Assembly: GCA_034530615.2 (NCBI GenBank)
Contig: JAVRCV020000059.1
Location: 64,001 to 128,000 of the forward strand
Origin: Aulosira sp. ZfuVER01
GTDB taxonomy: Bacteria > Cyanobacteriota > Cyanobacteriia > Cyanobacteriales > Nostocaceae
DNA: 64,000 nt
Direction of reading: 5' to 3'
Shown: positions 40,874 through 52,457 of the stretch, in pieces
Layout: every line of letters starts with the position of its first letter
Numbering within the stretch: the first letter of the stretch is position 1
The notes under the pieces: generated by a model
The model's input: the letters and a program-made list of their open reading frames with translations, nothing else
Told to the model about the DNA's origin: nothing
Database searches by the model: none
Program-made: the position numbers and the translations under genes

Positions 40874-41821
40874 ATGTTCAGCACAATTACGCTACAAAAT
40901 ATTGAAAATATATTAGCTTTTACAACCTTATTTGCGGATAAGGAAGCAAAGTTATATGAGATACAAACTAAACCTTTGACTTTAGATCCCTATTGCTATT
41001 CTAAAGAATTTAACAGATTCATCACATCTGTTTACCAAGAAAATTTTGTCATTGACTTTGATTGGCCAGCTTGGCAGAATGAAGCTCATCGTTTTGTTAC
41101 AGAACCAGAATTATTAACTTTAGCAGACATTGCTACATTGCAGAAATTGTTCACTACTCACGTTCGTCAAGAGCGCTTTTGTAGCGTTCATTTAGCGGGA
41201 ATGATTGAAAATGGACACTTTCTGGCAATATTCAACAGATTGCAAGCAATCTATGCAACTTTGCTGTTAGAAAACGCTCACAAAAATGGCACATCAAAGA
41301 TGATCAAGCAAACATCAGTTTTTCAAGGTGATATAACTCAGCTACCAGTAGATGCAATTGTCAATGCTGCTAAAAATTCTCTACTGGGTGGTAGTGGTGT
41401 GGATGGCGCAATTCATCGCGCTGCTGGGCCAGAACTTTTGGCAGAATGTCGCCAATTAAATGGTTGTGCCACTGGGGAAGCTAAAATCACTAAAGGTTAC
41501 AAACTCCCAGCAAAATGGGTAATTCACACAGTCGGGCCAGTTTGGCATGGTGGCAATCAAGGTGAAGATGAAATGTTAGCTCGATGTTATCGCCACAGCT
41601 TGACTTTGGCTGAAAAATACCAAATTAAAACTATTGCTTTCCCTGCAATTAGCACAGGTGTGTATGGTTTTCCATTTGAACGTGCTACCAGAATTGCGAT
41701 CGCAGAAGTTAATAAGTTTTTACACAGCCATAAGTCCCCAGAACAAGTAATTTTTGTTTGTTTTGGGCAAAGTGCCTACGATTGTTACATGAAAGTTGTA
41801 CAAGAATTAGCAGAAAGCTAG
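40874..41821 (+). CDS. DUF6508-like domain fused to macro domain (O-acetyl-ADP-ribose deacetylase/YmdB-like)
   Basis: FDWPAW...RQERF...ENG N-domain; [33 protein letters not shown] macro motifs. Confidence 0.82.
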   Translation: MFSTITLQNIENILAFTTLFADKEAKLYEIQTKPLTLDPYCYSKEFNRFITSVYQENFVIDFDWPAWQNEAHRFVTEPELLTLADIATLQKLFTTHVRQERFCSVHLAGMIENGHFLAIFNRLQAIYATLLLENAHKNGTSKMIKQTSVFQGDITQLPVDAIVNAAKNSLLGGSGVDGAIHRAAGPELLAECRQLNGCATGEAKITKGYKLPAKWVIHTVGPVWHGGNQGEDEMLARCYRHSLTLAEKYQIKTIAFPAISTGVYGFPFERATRIAIAEVNKFLHSHKSPEQVIFVCFGQSAYDCYMKVVQELAES

Positions 41822-41863
41822 ATAACATTAGATTCGGCGCGTTTACTTTTCGGGATTCTCAAA

Positions 41864-43039
41864 ATGTCAAAACAGCTGGGTCAAAAAATAGCACCTACAC
41901 CAATGTCAGCAGATATTGGCGTTGTTGATTTGATTGATAATTACTTCACCGCTTACAACTCAGCGCGGTTGCGGGAAATTTGCCAACTACTGAGTCGCGA
42001 TGTGCTGACGGACGGTGTAACGGTAGGTGTTAGCCTTTCCGGCGCAATGACACCAGCCGGGTTTGGGGTTTCCGCCCTTGCACCTTTGATTCGCAACGGC
42101 TTTATTGACTGGATGATTAGCACGGGTGCAAATCTTTACCATGATATGCACTACGGTTTGGGTTTTGAATTATTTGCGGGTAATCCATTTTTGGATGATG
42201 TGAAGCTACGCCAAGAAGGAACTATCCGAATTTATGACATTATTTTCGGCTACGATGTGCTGCTGGAAACCGATGCGTTTATCCGCAAGATTCTGCAAGC
42301 TGAAGCTTTCCAAAAGCGGATGGGAACTGCTGAGTTTCACCATTTGTTAGGAAAGTATGTTTGGGAAATTGAAAAGCAATTGGGAGTAAAAAATTCCTGC
42401 TTGTTGGCGACAGCTTACGAGTATGGCGTACCTATATATACGTCTTCACCTGGGGATAGTTCAATTGGGATGAACGTCGCGGCTTTGGCGTTAGAAGGTT
42501 CGCAGTTAGTTTTAGATCCCTCAATTGATGTCAACGAGACAGCTGCGATCGCCTACAATGCACGGGAAGGTGAAGGTAGAAGCGCAGCAGTAATTATTGG
42601 TGGTGGCAGTCCGAAAAACTTTTTGCTACAAACCCAACCGCAAATTCACGAGGTACTAGGGCTAGAGGAACGGGGACACGATTACTTTGTCCAGTTTACC
42701 GATGCGCGTCCTGATACAGGTGGTTTGTCAGGGGCGACACCTTCAGAAGCTGTCAGTTGGGGTAAAATTGACCCGGAAGAATTACCCAGTACAATTGTTT
42801 GTTACACCGATAGCACAATAGCGCTACCACTGGTAACAGCATACGTCCTCAAGCAGTGTCAGCCACGCCCATTAAAGCGGCTGTATGACAGAAGAGAAGC
42901 AATTCTTGAGACATTGCGTCAAGACTATTTAGCTGCTAAAGCACAACCATCAGATCAAATCCCTGCGGCTGTAGCAGAGAGTGCATCTCAGCAAGCAGCT
43001 ACTTATCCCTGTGGTAGGTTAATTCCTAATACTCCTTAG
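41864..43039 (+). CDS. speY: Deoxyhypusine-synthase-like homospermidine synthase
   Basis: [43 protein letters not shown]. Confidence 0.85.
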   Translation: MSKQLGQKIAPTPMSADIGVVDLIDNYFTAYNSARLREICQLLSRDVLTDGVTVGVSLSGAMTPAGFGVSALAPLIRNGFIDWMISTGANLYHDMHYGLGFELFAGNPFLDDVKLRQEGTIRIYDIIFGYDVLLETDAFIRKILQAEAFQKRMGTAEFHHLLGKYVWEIEKQLGVKNSCLLATAYEYGVPIYTSSPGDSSIGMNVAALALEGSQLVLDPSIDVNETAAIAYNAREGEGRSAAVIIGGGSPKNFLLQTQPQIHEVLGLEERGHDYFVQFTDARPDTGGLSGATPSEAVSWGKIDPEELPSTIVCYTDSTIALPLVTAYVLKQCQPRPLKRLYDRREAILETLRQDYLAAKAQPSDQIPAAVAESASQQAATYPCGRLIPNTP

Positions 43040-43145
43040 GATTTTCAATTCAAAACATAACCAAATGCTAGGGGCACTGCACCGACAATCTTTTGGGATA
43101 TCAAATTATCTTACTGATGCCGTGCCCCTACTCATCTGTCTCTAT

Positions 43146-43339
43146 CATCGCCCTGTAATTGCATTGCATCGGTCTGCAATTGAATTGTATCGACATGCAA
43201 TCGAATTGCATCGACCTGCAATTGAATTGCATCAACATGCAATTGAGTTGCATCGACATGCAATTGAATTGTATCGACTTGCAATTGAGTTGCATCGACT
43301 TGCAATCGAATTGTATCGCCCTGCAATCGAATTGCATCG
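43146..43339. repeat. 21-bp tandem repeat (~9 copies), consensus CATCGACCTGCAATTGAATTG
   Basis: Directly visible; ORFs in all frames here are low-complexity; short copy at 53553-53586. Confidence 0.9.
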
Positions 43340-43502
43340 TAGTTAAGTCATATCCCCATCGTCATAGGTGTAAGTTTTTCATAAAAGAGTGAGTTAGGAC
43401 TCTTTTATAAACGCAGGAATAAGCTCTTTTTTCCTTGTCCCTCCGAAGTTCTGAGCGGAGAAAGCCTCCGCTCAGACTTCTTTCCTTGTCTCATTTCCCG
43501 CA

Positions 43503-45401
43503 TTACTCCGTTGGCACCCAATTAGCTTGTTTGACAAGCGATCGCACTGCCTCGACAATGGCATCAGCATCAATCTTGGCGGCATGAAGAAGTTCTTCAG
43601 GAGTACCCGATCCTGGCATATCTTGTACTGCTAGCTTCACAAGGTTTAGTGGCAATTCACCATAGCTAGGAGCAGCACCCTTACCGACAAAAGCATCAAC
43701 AACAGCAGCGCTTAGTCCGCCTTCACTCCAGTGGTCTTCGACTACAACGAGTGTACCATCTGTGTCACGGGCGGCTTGGTGCAAAGTTGCAGCATCAATT
43801 GGCTTAACTGAGTAAGCATCAACGATCCGCACTGCAATGTCTTCTTGTTTGAGGCGATCGTATGCTTTGAGTGCTTCATGTACTGTAATCCCGGCTGCAA
43901 TCACTGCTACTCGATCGCGATCGGAACTGCGAACAACTTTGCTACCACCAATGGGAAAATCTTCATCAGCTGGATAGAGAACAGTTGTGCTTTCACGAGT
44001 TGTCCGCAGATAAACAATGCCATCAAGATCTACCATTTCCGCTACAAGTTTGGCGGTTTGATTGGCATCACAGGGATACAGTACAGTACTACTCCAAACT
44101 GCTTGCAAACAAGCCAAGTCTTCTAATGCCATTTGGGAAGGGCCATCTTGACCGATTGAAACTCCCGCATGGGAACCAACAAGTTTGATGTTAGCGCGAG
44201 AGATAGCAGCCATGCGGATAAAATCGTAAGCCCGAGTGAGAAATGCTGCAAAGGTGGAAGCAAAAGGTTTGTACCGACGCACTTGCAATCCTACTGCTGC
44301 GGCTACCATTTGCTGCTCGGCAATGTACATTTCAAAATAGCGATCTGGGTAAGCTTTGGCAAATTCTTCAGCATAAGTAGAGTTGCTCACTTCCCCATCT
44401 AAAGCAACTACATCCTGTCGAGATGCTCCTAAAGCTTTTAAAGCATCGCCGTAAGCTTTACGAGTAGCTACTGAATCGCCTTCTTGGTACGCAGGAAGCT
44501 GGAGAGCTTGAGACTGGCTAGTTGTGGCTGTTTGAGTTTGCGAGATTGGCTTTTCAACTTGAATAACGATCTGACGTTCTCCTCCCAATTCCGCGATCGC
44601 ATTTTTGGCATCATCAGGTTTTAATGCCTTACCATGCCAACCGCCAATATCTTCTAAACTGGCTACACCTTTGCCTTTCTTTGTCTTAGCTACGATAAGT
44701 GTAGGAAAATCGAGATTTTCAACTGCTTCTGTGTAGGCTTGGTCAATTTCTGCTAAATTGTGACCGTCAATTTCAATTGCCTTCCAGCCGAAAGATCGAG
44801 CGCGATCGCAGTAAACTTGAGTATTCCAACCTAACATTGTTTCGCCGCGTTGCCCCAAGCGGTTGACATCAAGGATGGCGATTAAATTTGCCAGTTTGTA
44901 GTGAGTAGCGTGTTCAAAAGCTTCCCAAATCGAACCTTCTGCCATTTCACTATCCCCAAGCAAAACCCAAGTATGATATGGGAGCTTGTCTAAATATTCG
45001 CCAGCCAAAGCCACACCCACAGCAATTGGCAATCCTTGCCCTAGCGAACCAGTTGCCACATCTACCCAAGGTATTACAGGGGTGGGATGCCCTTCTAAGC
45101 GACTGCCATATTTACGCAGCGACATCAATTCGCGATCGTCAATTACCCCCGCCGCCCGATACATGGCATACAATAGCGGTGCGGCGTGTCCTTTGGAGAA
45201 AATCAAGTGGTCGTTATTGCGATCGCGTGGATTGCTGAAGTCGTAGTGGAAATACTTGGCAAGCAGCACAGCCATCAAATCAGCACCAGACATAGAGGAG
45301 GTGGGATGACCCGAACCCGCAGCCGTGGTGGCACGAATACTATCAACCCGCAGTTGTTGTGCCAACTCATGCCATGCTTGCAACTGTTCAACGGTAGCCA
45401 T
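43503..45401 (-). CDS. tkt: Transketolase (short, ~630-aa type)
   Basis: SGHPTSSMS, SKGHAAP, GSLGQG, GDSEMAEG ThDP motif, IAEQQMV, GQDGPSQ. Confidence 0.92.
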   Translation of the reverse strand: MATVEQLQAWHELAQQLRVDSIRATTAAGSGHPTSSMSGADLMAVLLAKYFHYDFSNPRDRNNDHLIFSKGHAAPLLYAMYRAAGVIDDRELMSLRKYGSRLEGHPTPVIPWVDVATGSLGQGLPIAVGVALAGEYLDKLPYHTWVLLGDSEMAEGSIWEAFEHATHYKLANLIAILDVNRLGQRGETMLGWNTQVYCDRARSFGWKAIEIDGHNLAEIDQAYTEAVENLDFPTLIVAKTKKGKGVASLEDIGGWHGKALKPDDAKNAIAELGGERQIVIQVEKPISQTQTATTSQSQALQLPAYQEGDSVATRKAYGDALKALGASRQDVVALDGEVSNSTYAEEFAKAYPDRYFEMYIAEQQMVAAAVGLQVRRYKPFASTFAAFLTRAYDFIRMAAISRANIKLVGSHAGVSIGQDGPSQMALEDLACLQAVWSSTVLYPCDANQTAKLVAEMVDLDGIVYLRTTRESTTVLYPADEDFPIGGSKVVRSSDRDRVAVIAAGITVHEALKAYDRLKQEDIAVRIVDAYSVKPIDAATLHQAARDTDGTLVVVEDHWSEGGLSAAVVDAFVGKGAAPSYGELPLNLVKLAVQDMPGSGTPEELLHAAKIDADAIVEAVRSLVKQANWVPTE

Positions 45402-46041
45402 TATTACTCTCCTGCCAAAATAAAGGCTAGGTTATGAGAAATCTTTGCACTCAGATAAGTCCTAAAAGCCAGATTTAATACGCCTCAGAAGGGGCGCAGT
45501 GATTTCAGTATTTACTTTTTTGAGCCTGTGTTAATTAATTTATGTGTTGTACATTTAGCCTTTAACAACACAATTGCTACTTCAAAATTTTTAGTTTCTG
45601 ACTTATCCTAGAAAAATTGTAGTTAACAGATACGATTGTTTCCTCTAACAAATGATAGAGTAACCAGGTATAAATTCTCTTGTTACCCAAATGCCTATCA
45701 AATGCAGTTCCAGTTGCGGAAGCATCCTAATTGTTTGCGAATTTCTGTCTGTAACTAACTATTTATATGGCAATACAGATTATTGTTTTTAATCAACACA
45801 ATTTGACTGCTTAATAAATTTTGTCATAAAAATAAATATCTCTTCTGATAGCTATAGTATTTTCCAGTGGCATGAGGTACAAATTTATCTGTGTACTCTT
45901 TTGGAAAACTCTTCGCATCATCATCTGTGGCTGACTTTTGCAGAATTGATATAAGTACAGAAATTAAATAAAAGTACGAGTAGAAATAGTAAGCTCATTC
46001 TTAATTTAATAATATTCAGATGGAATGAGCTATAAGGCTAA

Positions 46042-46206
46042 TTACCACAGAATCATCGGTAATCCAGCAATTACAGAAGCAATACCTGTCCAAATAGAAA
46101 AGCGCCCAATATCTGCTTCATCTAATGCCAAGCTCATTTGCGCCATTGCTGCCAGCAATGCTGCCAACATAACTATAAACAAACTGGCATATCCCAAGTT
46201 AATCAT
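46042..46206 (-). CDS. Small 54-aa two-TM membrane protein (not in ORF track)
   Basis: GAGGA RBS; MINLGYASLFIVMLAALLAAMAQMSLALDEADIGRFSIWTGIASVIAGLPMILW*. Confidence 0.6.
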   Translation of the reverse strand: MINLGYASLFIVMLAALLAAMAQMSLALDEADIGRFSIWTGIASVIAGLPMILW

Positions 46207-46435
46207 GATTTATCCTCATTATTTCATCACATTCCTTGGTTGTCAGAGTATTTGCATTTCAAATAATCAATACCCCTACCTAATAAAATAATGGCGATGA
46301 TTTTCTTTAACTTCTGTTATACGGATGGCAAATTCTTTATTTCTTTCTATTTAAAGAAGGAGATTAATGTTAAGTTAAGTTAGTGATGAGCAGCACAAAA
46401 TTTTAGAAACTGGCGTTAAAAATTAGGTATCAAGG

Positions 46436-47362
46436 ATGGCACATAATCACAGTCATAGCCATAATCATCATCATGAACATGGCACTAATAACTACAGCCG
46501 CGCTTTCATGATTGGTACTATCCTTAATATAGGATTTGTAATTATTGAAGCAGTTTATGGTTATTTAGCTCACTCTTTAGCTTTGCTTGCTGATGCTGGT
46601 CACAATTTGAGTGATGTGTTAGGACTGCTATTGGCTTGGGGAGCAAGTTTTCTGGGTAGTCGTCCCCCAAGTCTACGCTATACATACGGACTACGACGTT
46701 CTTCAATCTTAGCGGCTTTAGTAAATGCGATCGCGCTTTTGTTAGTCATGGGTGGGATTGCATGGGAAGCCCTGCAACGCTTTCACGCCCCTGCATCTGT
46801 GGGAGGAAATACAGTCATTGCCGTTGCTATGGTAGGAATTGTCATCAACACAATCACTGCTCTCATGTTTATGTCAGGCCGCAAACATGACTTAAACATT
46901 CGCGGCGCATTCTTACACATGGCAGCTGATGCTGGAGTCTCTTTAGGAGTTGTATTAGCTGGTATTGGCATTGTTTTTACAGGCTGGCTGTGGTTTGACC
47001 CTGTTGTGAGCTTGATTATCGTTGCCGTGGTAGTATTTGGAACTTGGCAGTTGTTAAAAGATTCGGTGAATTTAGCATTAGATGGTGTCCCAGAGGGAAT
47101 TGAGCCACTAGCAGTTCAAACTTATCTGGCTGAACTTCCTGGTGTTAACCAAATCCACGATTTACATATTTGGGCAATGAGTACAACGGAAACAGCCCTG
47201 ACTGCTCACTTAGTTATGTCCTCTGGTCATCCTGGTGATGATTTTTTAGTCCAGACTTGTAAAGAACTGCACGACCATTTCGGCATTGAACATTCTACTT
47301 TACAAATAGAAGTTGGCGATTCCAATCAAACCTGTGCTTTAGCTTCCAACCACAGAGTTTGA
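46436..47362 (+). CDS. Cation diffusion facilitator (CzcD/ZitB-like)
   Basis: His-rich N-terminus, LLADAGHNLSD, AFLHMAAD, HDLHIW. Confidence 0.92.
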   Translation: MAHNHSHSHNHHHEHGTNNYSRAFMIGTILNIGFVIIEAVYGYLAHSLALLADAGHNLSDVLGLLLAWGASFLGSRPPSLRYTYGLRRSSILAALVNAIALLLVMGGIAWEALQRFHAPASVGGNTVIAVAMVGIVINTITALMFMSGRKHDLNIRGAFLHMAADAGVSLGVVLAGIGIVFTGWLWFDPVVSLIIVAVVVFGTWQLLKDSVNLALDGVPEGIEPLAVQTYLAELPGVNQIHDLHIWAMSTTETALTAHLVMSSGHPGDDFLVQTCKELHDHFGIEHSTLQIEVGDSNQTCALASNHRV

Positions 47363-47775
47363 CTTTAAGATTGGGCGTTAGTTGCAGATAGAAGTGGTTT
47401 AGGTTTTTTACATTTTTGCGATAGTCAAAATCTTGCACTGACGATTATCCCAGCTAAAACTGAAGTTCAAAGGCTTATAGCCTCAGTCCACTCCAACGGA
47501 CTGAAATCTTCAGCTGAGTCTACTGAAGTAGACTTGAGCTATTTATTAGCCTGAGAATTAATGCCAAGGCAAGATAAAAACGAAGCCAGATGTTACAAAA
47601 GCAGAGTCATCATGGAATATGAGGGAAATGTAAATTTAGAATAAGAATAATTATTACAATAGCAACTTCGTAAACTGATTAATAAGTTAAATAAGTATGA
47701 ATAGTCAAGGATTGTAGAGATCCTGTCTTTTCCAACTTAAATTTTAAGTAAATTTTTTGAGCTTAGTAAATTTTT

Positions 47776-49730
47776 ATGACAGAATTGTTACATAATTTTT
47801 TTTTAAGAGTCCATTTATCCCACATGGGCATTGTTACCTTTGGCAGCCACAATTGGTCTGGTTGCATATCATCTCAGATTCGCTAATTGCACTAGCTTAT
47901 TATTCAATTCCAGTGATGCTGGTTTATTTTGTCCGCAAACGAAGAGATGTGCCTTTCGATTGGATTTTTCTATTGTTTGGCACATTCATCGTTGCTTGTG
48001 GCACAACCCATGTAATGGAAGTATGGACGCTTTGGCATCCTACTTATTGGCTATCAGGACTGATTAAAGCTATCACTGCTATTGTATCTGTATATACAGC
48101 TATAGAACTGGTATCCTTAATCCCTCAAGCACTTGTTCTGCCCAGCCCTACGGAACTAGAGACAGTCAACCGTCAACTAGCAAAGGAAATTGTTGAACGT
48201 AAACGAACTGAGGAGGAATTGAGAGAAAGTGAACAACGTTGGCAATTAGCTTTACGCGGTAATAATGACGGTATTTGGGACTGGAACGTTAAAACTAATG
48301 AAGTTTTCTTCTCGGCCCGTTGGAAGGAAATGCTTGGTTATCAAGAGCAGGAGATTTCTCACCATTTTGATGAAATGATTAAAAGAGTGCATCCCAACGA
48401 TATTGAAGGTGTAAAACAAGCAGTAAAAGAACACTTTGCTAAAAGAACACCTTTCTACACTCAAGAGTATCGAATTTTATGTAAAGATGGCACCTATAAA
48501 TGGATTTTGGATCGAGGTCAAGCTTTGTGGGATGGAGATAGTAACGTAGTGCGTATGGTAGGCTCCCATACTGATATTACTGAGCGTAAGCAAGCAGAAG
48601 AGAATCTCAGCCAAATACTCGATCAACTAGAAAGCAAAGTTGAAGAACGGACGGTAGAATTAAGACAAATTAACGCATCGCTACAGGCAGAAATTGCTGA
48701 ACGTCAGCGAATAGAAAAGGCCTTGCGCGAAAGCGAACAGCGATTTCGCGCTACATTCGATCAAGCGGCGGTTGGTATTGCTCATGTGGGAATAGATGGA
48801 CGATGGTTATTAGTTAACCAAAGGCTTTGCGATATTGTTGGTTATACATCCCAAGAACTAGAGTTACGAACTTTCCAAGATATTACCTATCCAGGTGATA
48901 TGGAAGCCAGCCTGAAATATGTTGAGCAGGTATTAGTAGGGGATATTCCTACGTTCTCTTTGGAAAAACGTTATTTATGCAAAGACGATTCTATTGTCTG
49001 GATTAATGTAACCGTATCTTTAGTTCACGAACCTTCTGGTAATCCCAAGTATTTTATTGCTGTAATCGAAGATATTAGCGATCGCAAACAATCAGAGGCA
49101 CAAATTCAAGCCTCACTCCGCGAAAAAGAGGTGCTTTTAAAAGAAATTTACCATCGTGTCAAAAACAATTTACAGGTAATTTCTAGCCTGCTGAACTTGC
49201 AATCTGAATATATTCAAGACAAACAGGATTTGGCGATATTCCAACAAAGTCAAATGCGGATCGCATCAATGGCTTTGGTTCACGAAAAAATGTATCAATC
49301 AAAAGATTTATCAAGAATTAATTTTGGTGAATATGTTCAAGATCTGGTAGCCAGCTTATTGACTTCATACGAAGTTTCTGCCGAGACGATCGCTCTCAAT
49401 ATCAATATTGATGAGCAGATTTTACTAGGTTTAGATACAGCAATTCCTTGCGGCTTAATTATTCATGAACTTGTTTCTAATTCCTTAAAATATGCATTTC
49501 CCTTAGGGGGAAGTGGTGAAATTATTATTGCTATTAGGAAAATCCTAGAAAATAGAATTTTACTGACTGTTCGTGATAATGGTATTGGCTTACCTGTAAA
49601 CTTTAATTTTACAAATACAGCATCATTGGGTTGGCAGTTGGTAGATGCTTTAGCCAGTCAGTTAACCGGAGATATCAACATTCGCAGTGATAGCGGAGTA
49701 GATTTCCAGATATCATTTCCCATAGGATAA
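47776..49730 (+). CDS. Sensor histidine kinase with ethylene-binding-like TM domain, 2 PAS, HisKA_2; frameshifted in a T9 tract near the start
   Basis: SDSLIALAYYSIP and FIVACGTTH (ETR1-like D/Y/I/P/C/H), two PAS, EIYHRVKNNLQ; ATG 47776 out of frame with the main ORF (first in-frame start TTG 47853). Confidence 0.8.
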
Positions 49731-49747
49731 TCATATAGGAATACCAG

Positions 49748-51280
49748 ATGACAAACGCCAAGATTTTGGTTGTAGAAGATGAAGCGATTGTGGCGAAGGA
49801 TTTACGAAATCGACTGACAAGATTTGGTTATATGGTTCCTGCAATTGCTTCTTCAGGACAAGAAGCAATTAATAAAGCACTAGAATTTTATCCAGATTTA
49901 GTGCTGATGGATATTAGATTAAAAGGTGAAATGGATGGTGTAGAAGCTGCTCAAGAAATTCATAGGCATTTAGATATACCTGTAATTTATTTAACTGCTT
50001 ATGCGGATGATTCTACTTTAGAGCGGGCAAAAGTTACAGAGCCATTTGGGTATCTACTCAAACCCTTTAAAGAAAGAGAATTACAAACTAATATTGAAAT
50101 AGCACTAACTAAACATAGATTAGAAAAAGAATTAAAAGCTAACCAAAAATGGCTCTCTACATTACTGAATAGTATAGGAGATGGAGTAATTGCTAGCGAT
50201 ATTCAAGAGTCAGTGAATTTTATGAATCCTGTAGCTGAAAATCTAACAGGATGGGAGCAAGAAGAAGCTTTAGGAAAAAATTCAAAAGAAATATTTAATA
50301 TCGCCAATGCAACAACTCGTAACCCTATTGAAAGTCCGATAAAAAAAGTTCTGCAAGATGGTAATGTAGTCGAAATATCAGAAGAAACTATTCTAATTGC
50401 CAAAAATGGTCAGGAAGTCCCAATTGATGATAGTGCTGCACCAATTAAAGATGACAAAGATAATATTATAGGTGCAGTTTTGATATTTCGGGATATTACC
50501 GAGCGCAAAAAGGCTAGTGAGGCGCGAAAAAGGGAACTTGAACAAATGCAACTTGTAACGCAATTAGAAGAACTCAATCAACTGAAAAATGATTTTTTAA
50601 ATTTAGTTTCCCATGAATTGCGATCGCCTCTCAACAATATGAAGGTGATGATTCAAGTAATGCAAGTGTCTCCCAATGCTCAGGAATTTCAACGTTATCT
50701 GGATTTGATGAAAGTTGAGTGCGATCGCGAGCTAGATCTAATCAACGATCTGTTAGACTTACAACGACTGGAAACTTCTAGCTATTTCCCCGTTGCTCCT
50801 GATGCACTGCTATTACAAGATTTGTTACCCTTATTGATCGAGCCGTTTCAAGCTCGTGTTGCAGAATATCAGCAAACTCTACAGCTAAATCTCCCCGATC
50901 AGCTTCCACCATTGATATCAGACCGCACCAGCTTAGAACGAATATTAACAGAATTACTCAATAACGCCTGCAAATATACTCCTGCTGGCGGTGAAATCAT
51001 CTTAAATGTACATCACAACTCTTCAGTAGCACCCGCAGAAACTATAATTACTGTCAGTAATTCAACAGAAATTCCCACAACAGGGTTAGCACGAATTTTT
51101 GAGAAATTCTATCGCATTCCTCATGCAGACCGCGGCAAACAAGGCGGTACGGGGTTAGGATTAGCCATAGTACAGAAGATGGTCGAACAACTCCAAGGAA
51201 GCATTCAAGTAGAAAGCAGCGAGGGATGGACAACTTTCACTCTGACATTAACTGATTTAGTTGTTCCGCTTCATGAGTAG
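49748..51280 (+). CDS. Hybrid REC-PAS-histidine kinase
   Basis: ILVVEDE, DLVLMDI, PAS, SHELRSPL, NNACKY, GGTGLGL. Confidence 0.92.
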   Translation: MTNAKILVVEDEAIVAKDLRNRLTRFGYMVPAIASSGQEAINKALEFYPDLVLMDIRLKGEMDGVEAAQEIHRHLDIPVIYLTAYADDSTLERAKVTEPFGYLLKPFKERELQTNIEIALTKHRLEKELKANQKWLSTLLNSIGDGVIASDIQESVNFMNPVAENLTGWEQEEALGKNSKEIFNIANATTRNPIESPIKKVLQDGNVVEISEETILIAKNGQEVPIDDSAAPIKDDKDNIIGAVLIFRDITERKKASEARKRELEQMQLVTQLEELNQLKNDFLNLVSHELRSPLNNMKVMIQVMQVSPNAQEFQRYLDLMKVECDRELDLINDLLDLQRLETSSYFPVAPDALLLQDLLPLLIEPFQARVAEYQQTLQLNLPDQLPPLISDRTSLERILTELLNNACKYTPAGGEIILNVHHNSSVAPAETIITVSNSTEIPTTGLARIFEKFYRIPHADRGKQGGTGLGLAIVQKMVEQLQGSIQVESSEGWTTFTLTLTDLVVPLHE

Positions 51281-52457
51281 TTTGCTACGCAAATATTGAG
51301 TGTTGGAAGCGAACGAGCGCACTTTACTAGAGAATTTCAGTAAATCGCAAAGTTTTCCCCAAGAGCGATCAAATATTAAATAAGCATTTACCCAGGTTGC
51401 CAAATTGCTCAGGCAAGTATCAATTAAGACCTATCAAAATTCTCTGAGGCTTCACCAAACTGTATTAGGAGTTACAATTTACTCCTACAGCATCCTCTGC
51501 GATCGCCTGGGATTTAAAAAAATTTTATAATTCTCACACCAGAGGATAATTTTTTATTTATACACGAAAAAGCGCTTGAGATATTTGCTCGCTCAAGCGC
51601 TTCCCCGTATAACTTTATACCAATTCACTTGTTTGATGCAACATCTGAAATCCGCAATCACCCCTGAAGAAGAGCACTGCGAGGATAACTTGTAACAAAC
51701 ATGCAGTGAAGTGGTATCACTCCTTGCACTAATTAAGAATATCTCTTCTGCAATCATACTGGGAATCTAATGAGTGACAGTTTATCAACTGACACTAGTT
51801 ACAATCGACTGACGATGGATGGTGTTGATCAAGACCAAGCATGACCGTAGACGACTTGCGTATATAGTATAAAGCAAGACGGTAAATATGCGATCGCTCA
51901 CAAGCCATCATCAATATGGCAGTAGCGCAAGATGCCCAAGCTGCTAGCATCGATTTTTCATTTGAGATCAGCAAATGCACCAAAAACTATCAGCATAGTT
52001 CAGTTACACTGCTGCTGTCGTGAAAATGGAACATGGGGCATTGGGCAAGCAGTGACGGGTACGCAGGGGTCTCACGCCAGTTCGCTCAAGTCGGCAGAAC
52101 CGCCCAAAAGTTGCTTTATCAGTTCATGAAGTGCCAACAGAAACTGAAGTCTTCGATTGGAAAGTTCTTAAAGAATGGAATATTAAGGATACTTATATTA
52201 AAAACTGGCAAGTTGAAAAAACTGTGGTTCTTCCGTATTGATTACGTCAAATTATTAGTTAAATATCAAAACTTGGTTAAAAAATATAGTTCAATAAATC
52301 AAACCTATTTCCAATACCTAAAATCTTATTAAACAATACACATTTCTATCGTGTGGCAATGGTTCATGATTATTGCAAATGAGATTTAGCATAATATGCA
52401 ATGAGCAAATTTTCCTCATTTAATTTAGGATGATGCGCTCAAATCAATAACTCAATA

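Noticed and set aside
43065..43392. Four overlapping short ORFs (AIELHR / MQLNC repeats)
   Set aside because: Products of a 21-bp tandem repeat without stops; no RBS or domain evidence
46025..46291. 88-aa plus-strand ORF
   Set aside because: Antisense shadow of the 54-aa minus-strand membrane ORF, which has the better RBS and composition
51795..52332. Three short ORFs in the long intergenic region
   Set aside because: No recognisable motifs or RBS; overlap dispersed repeats
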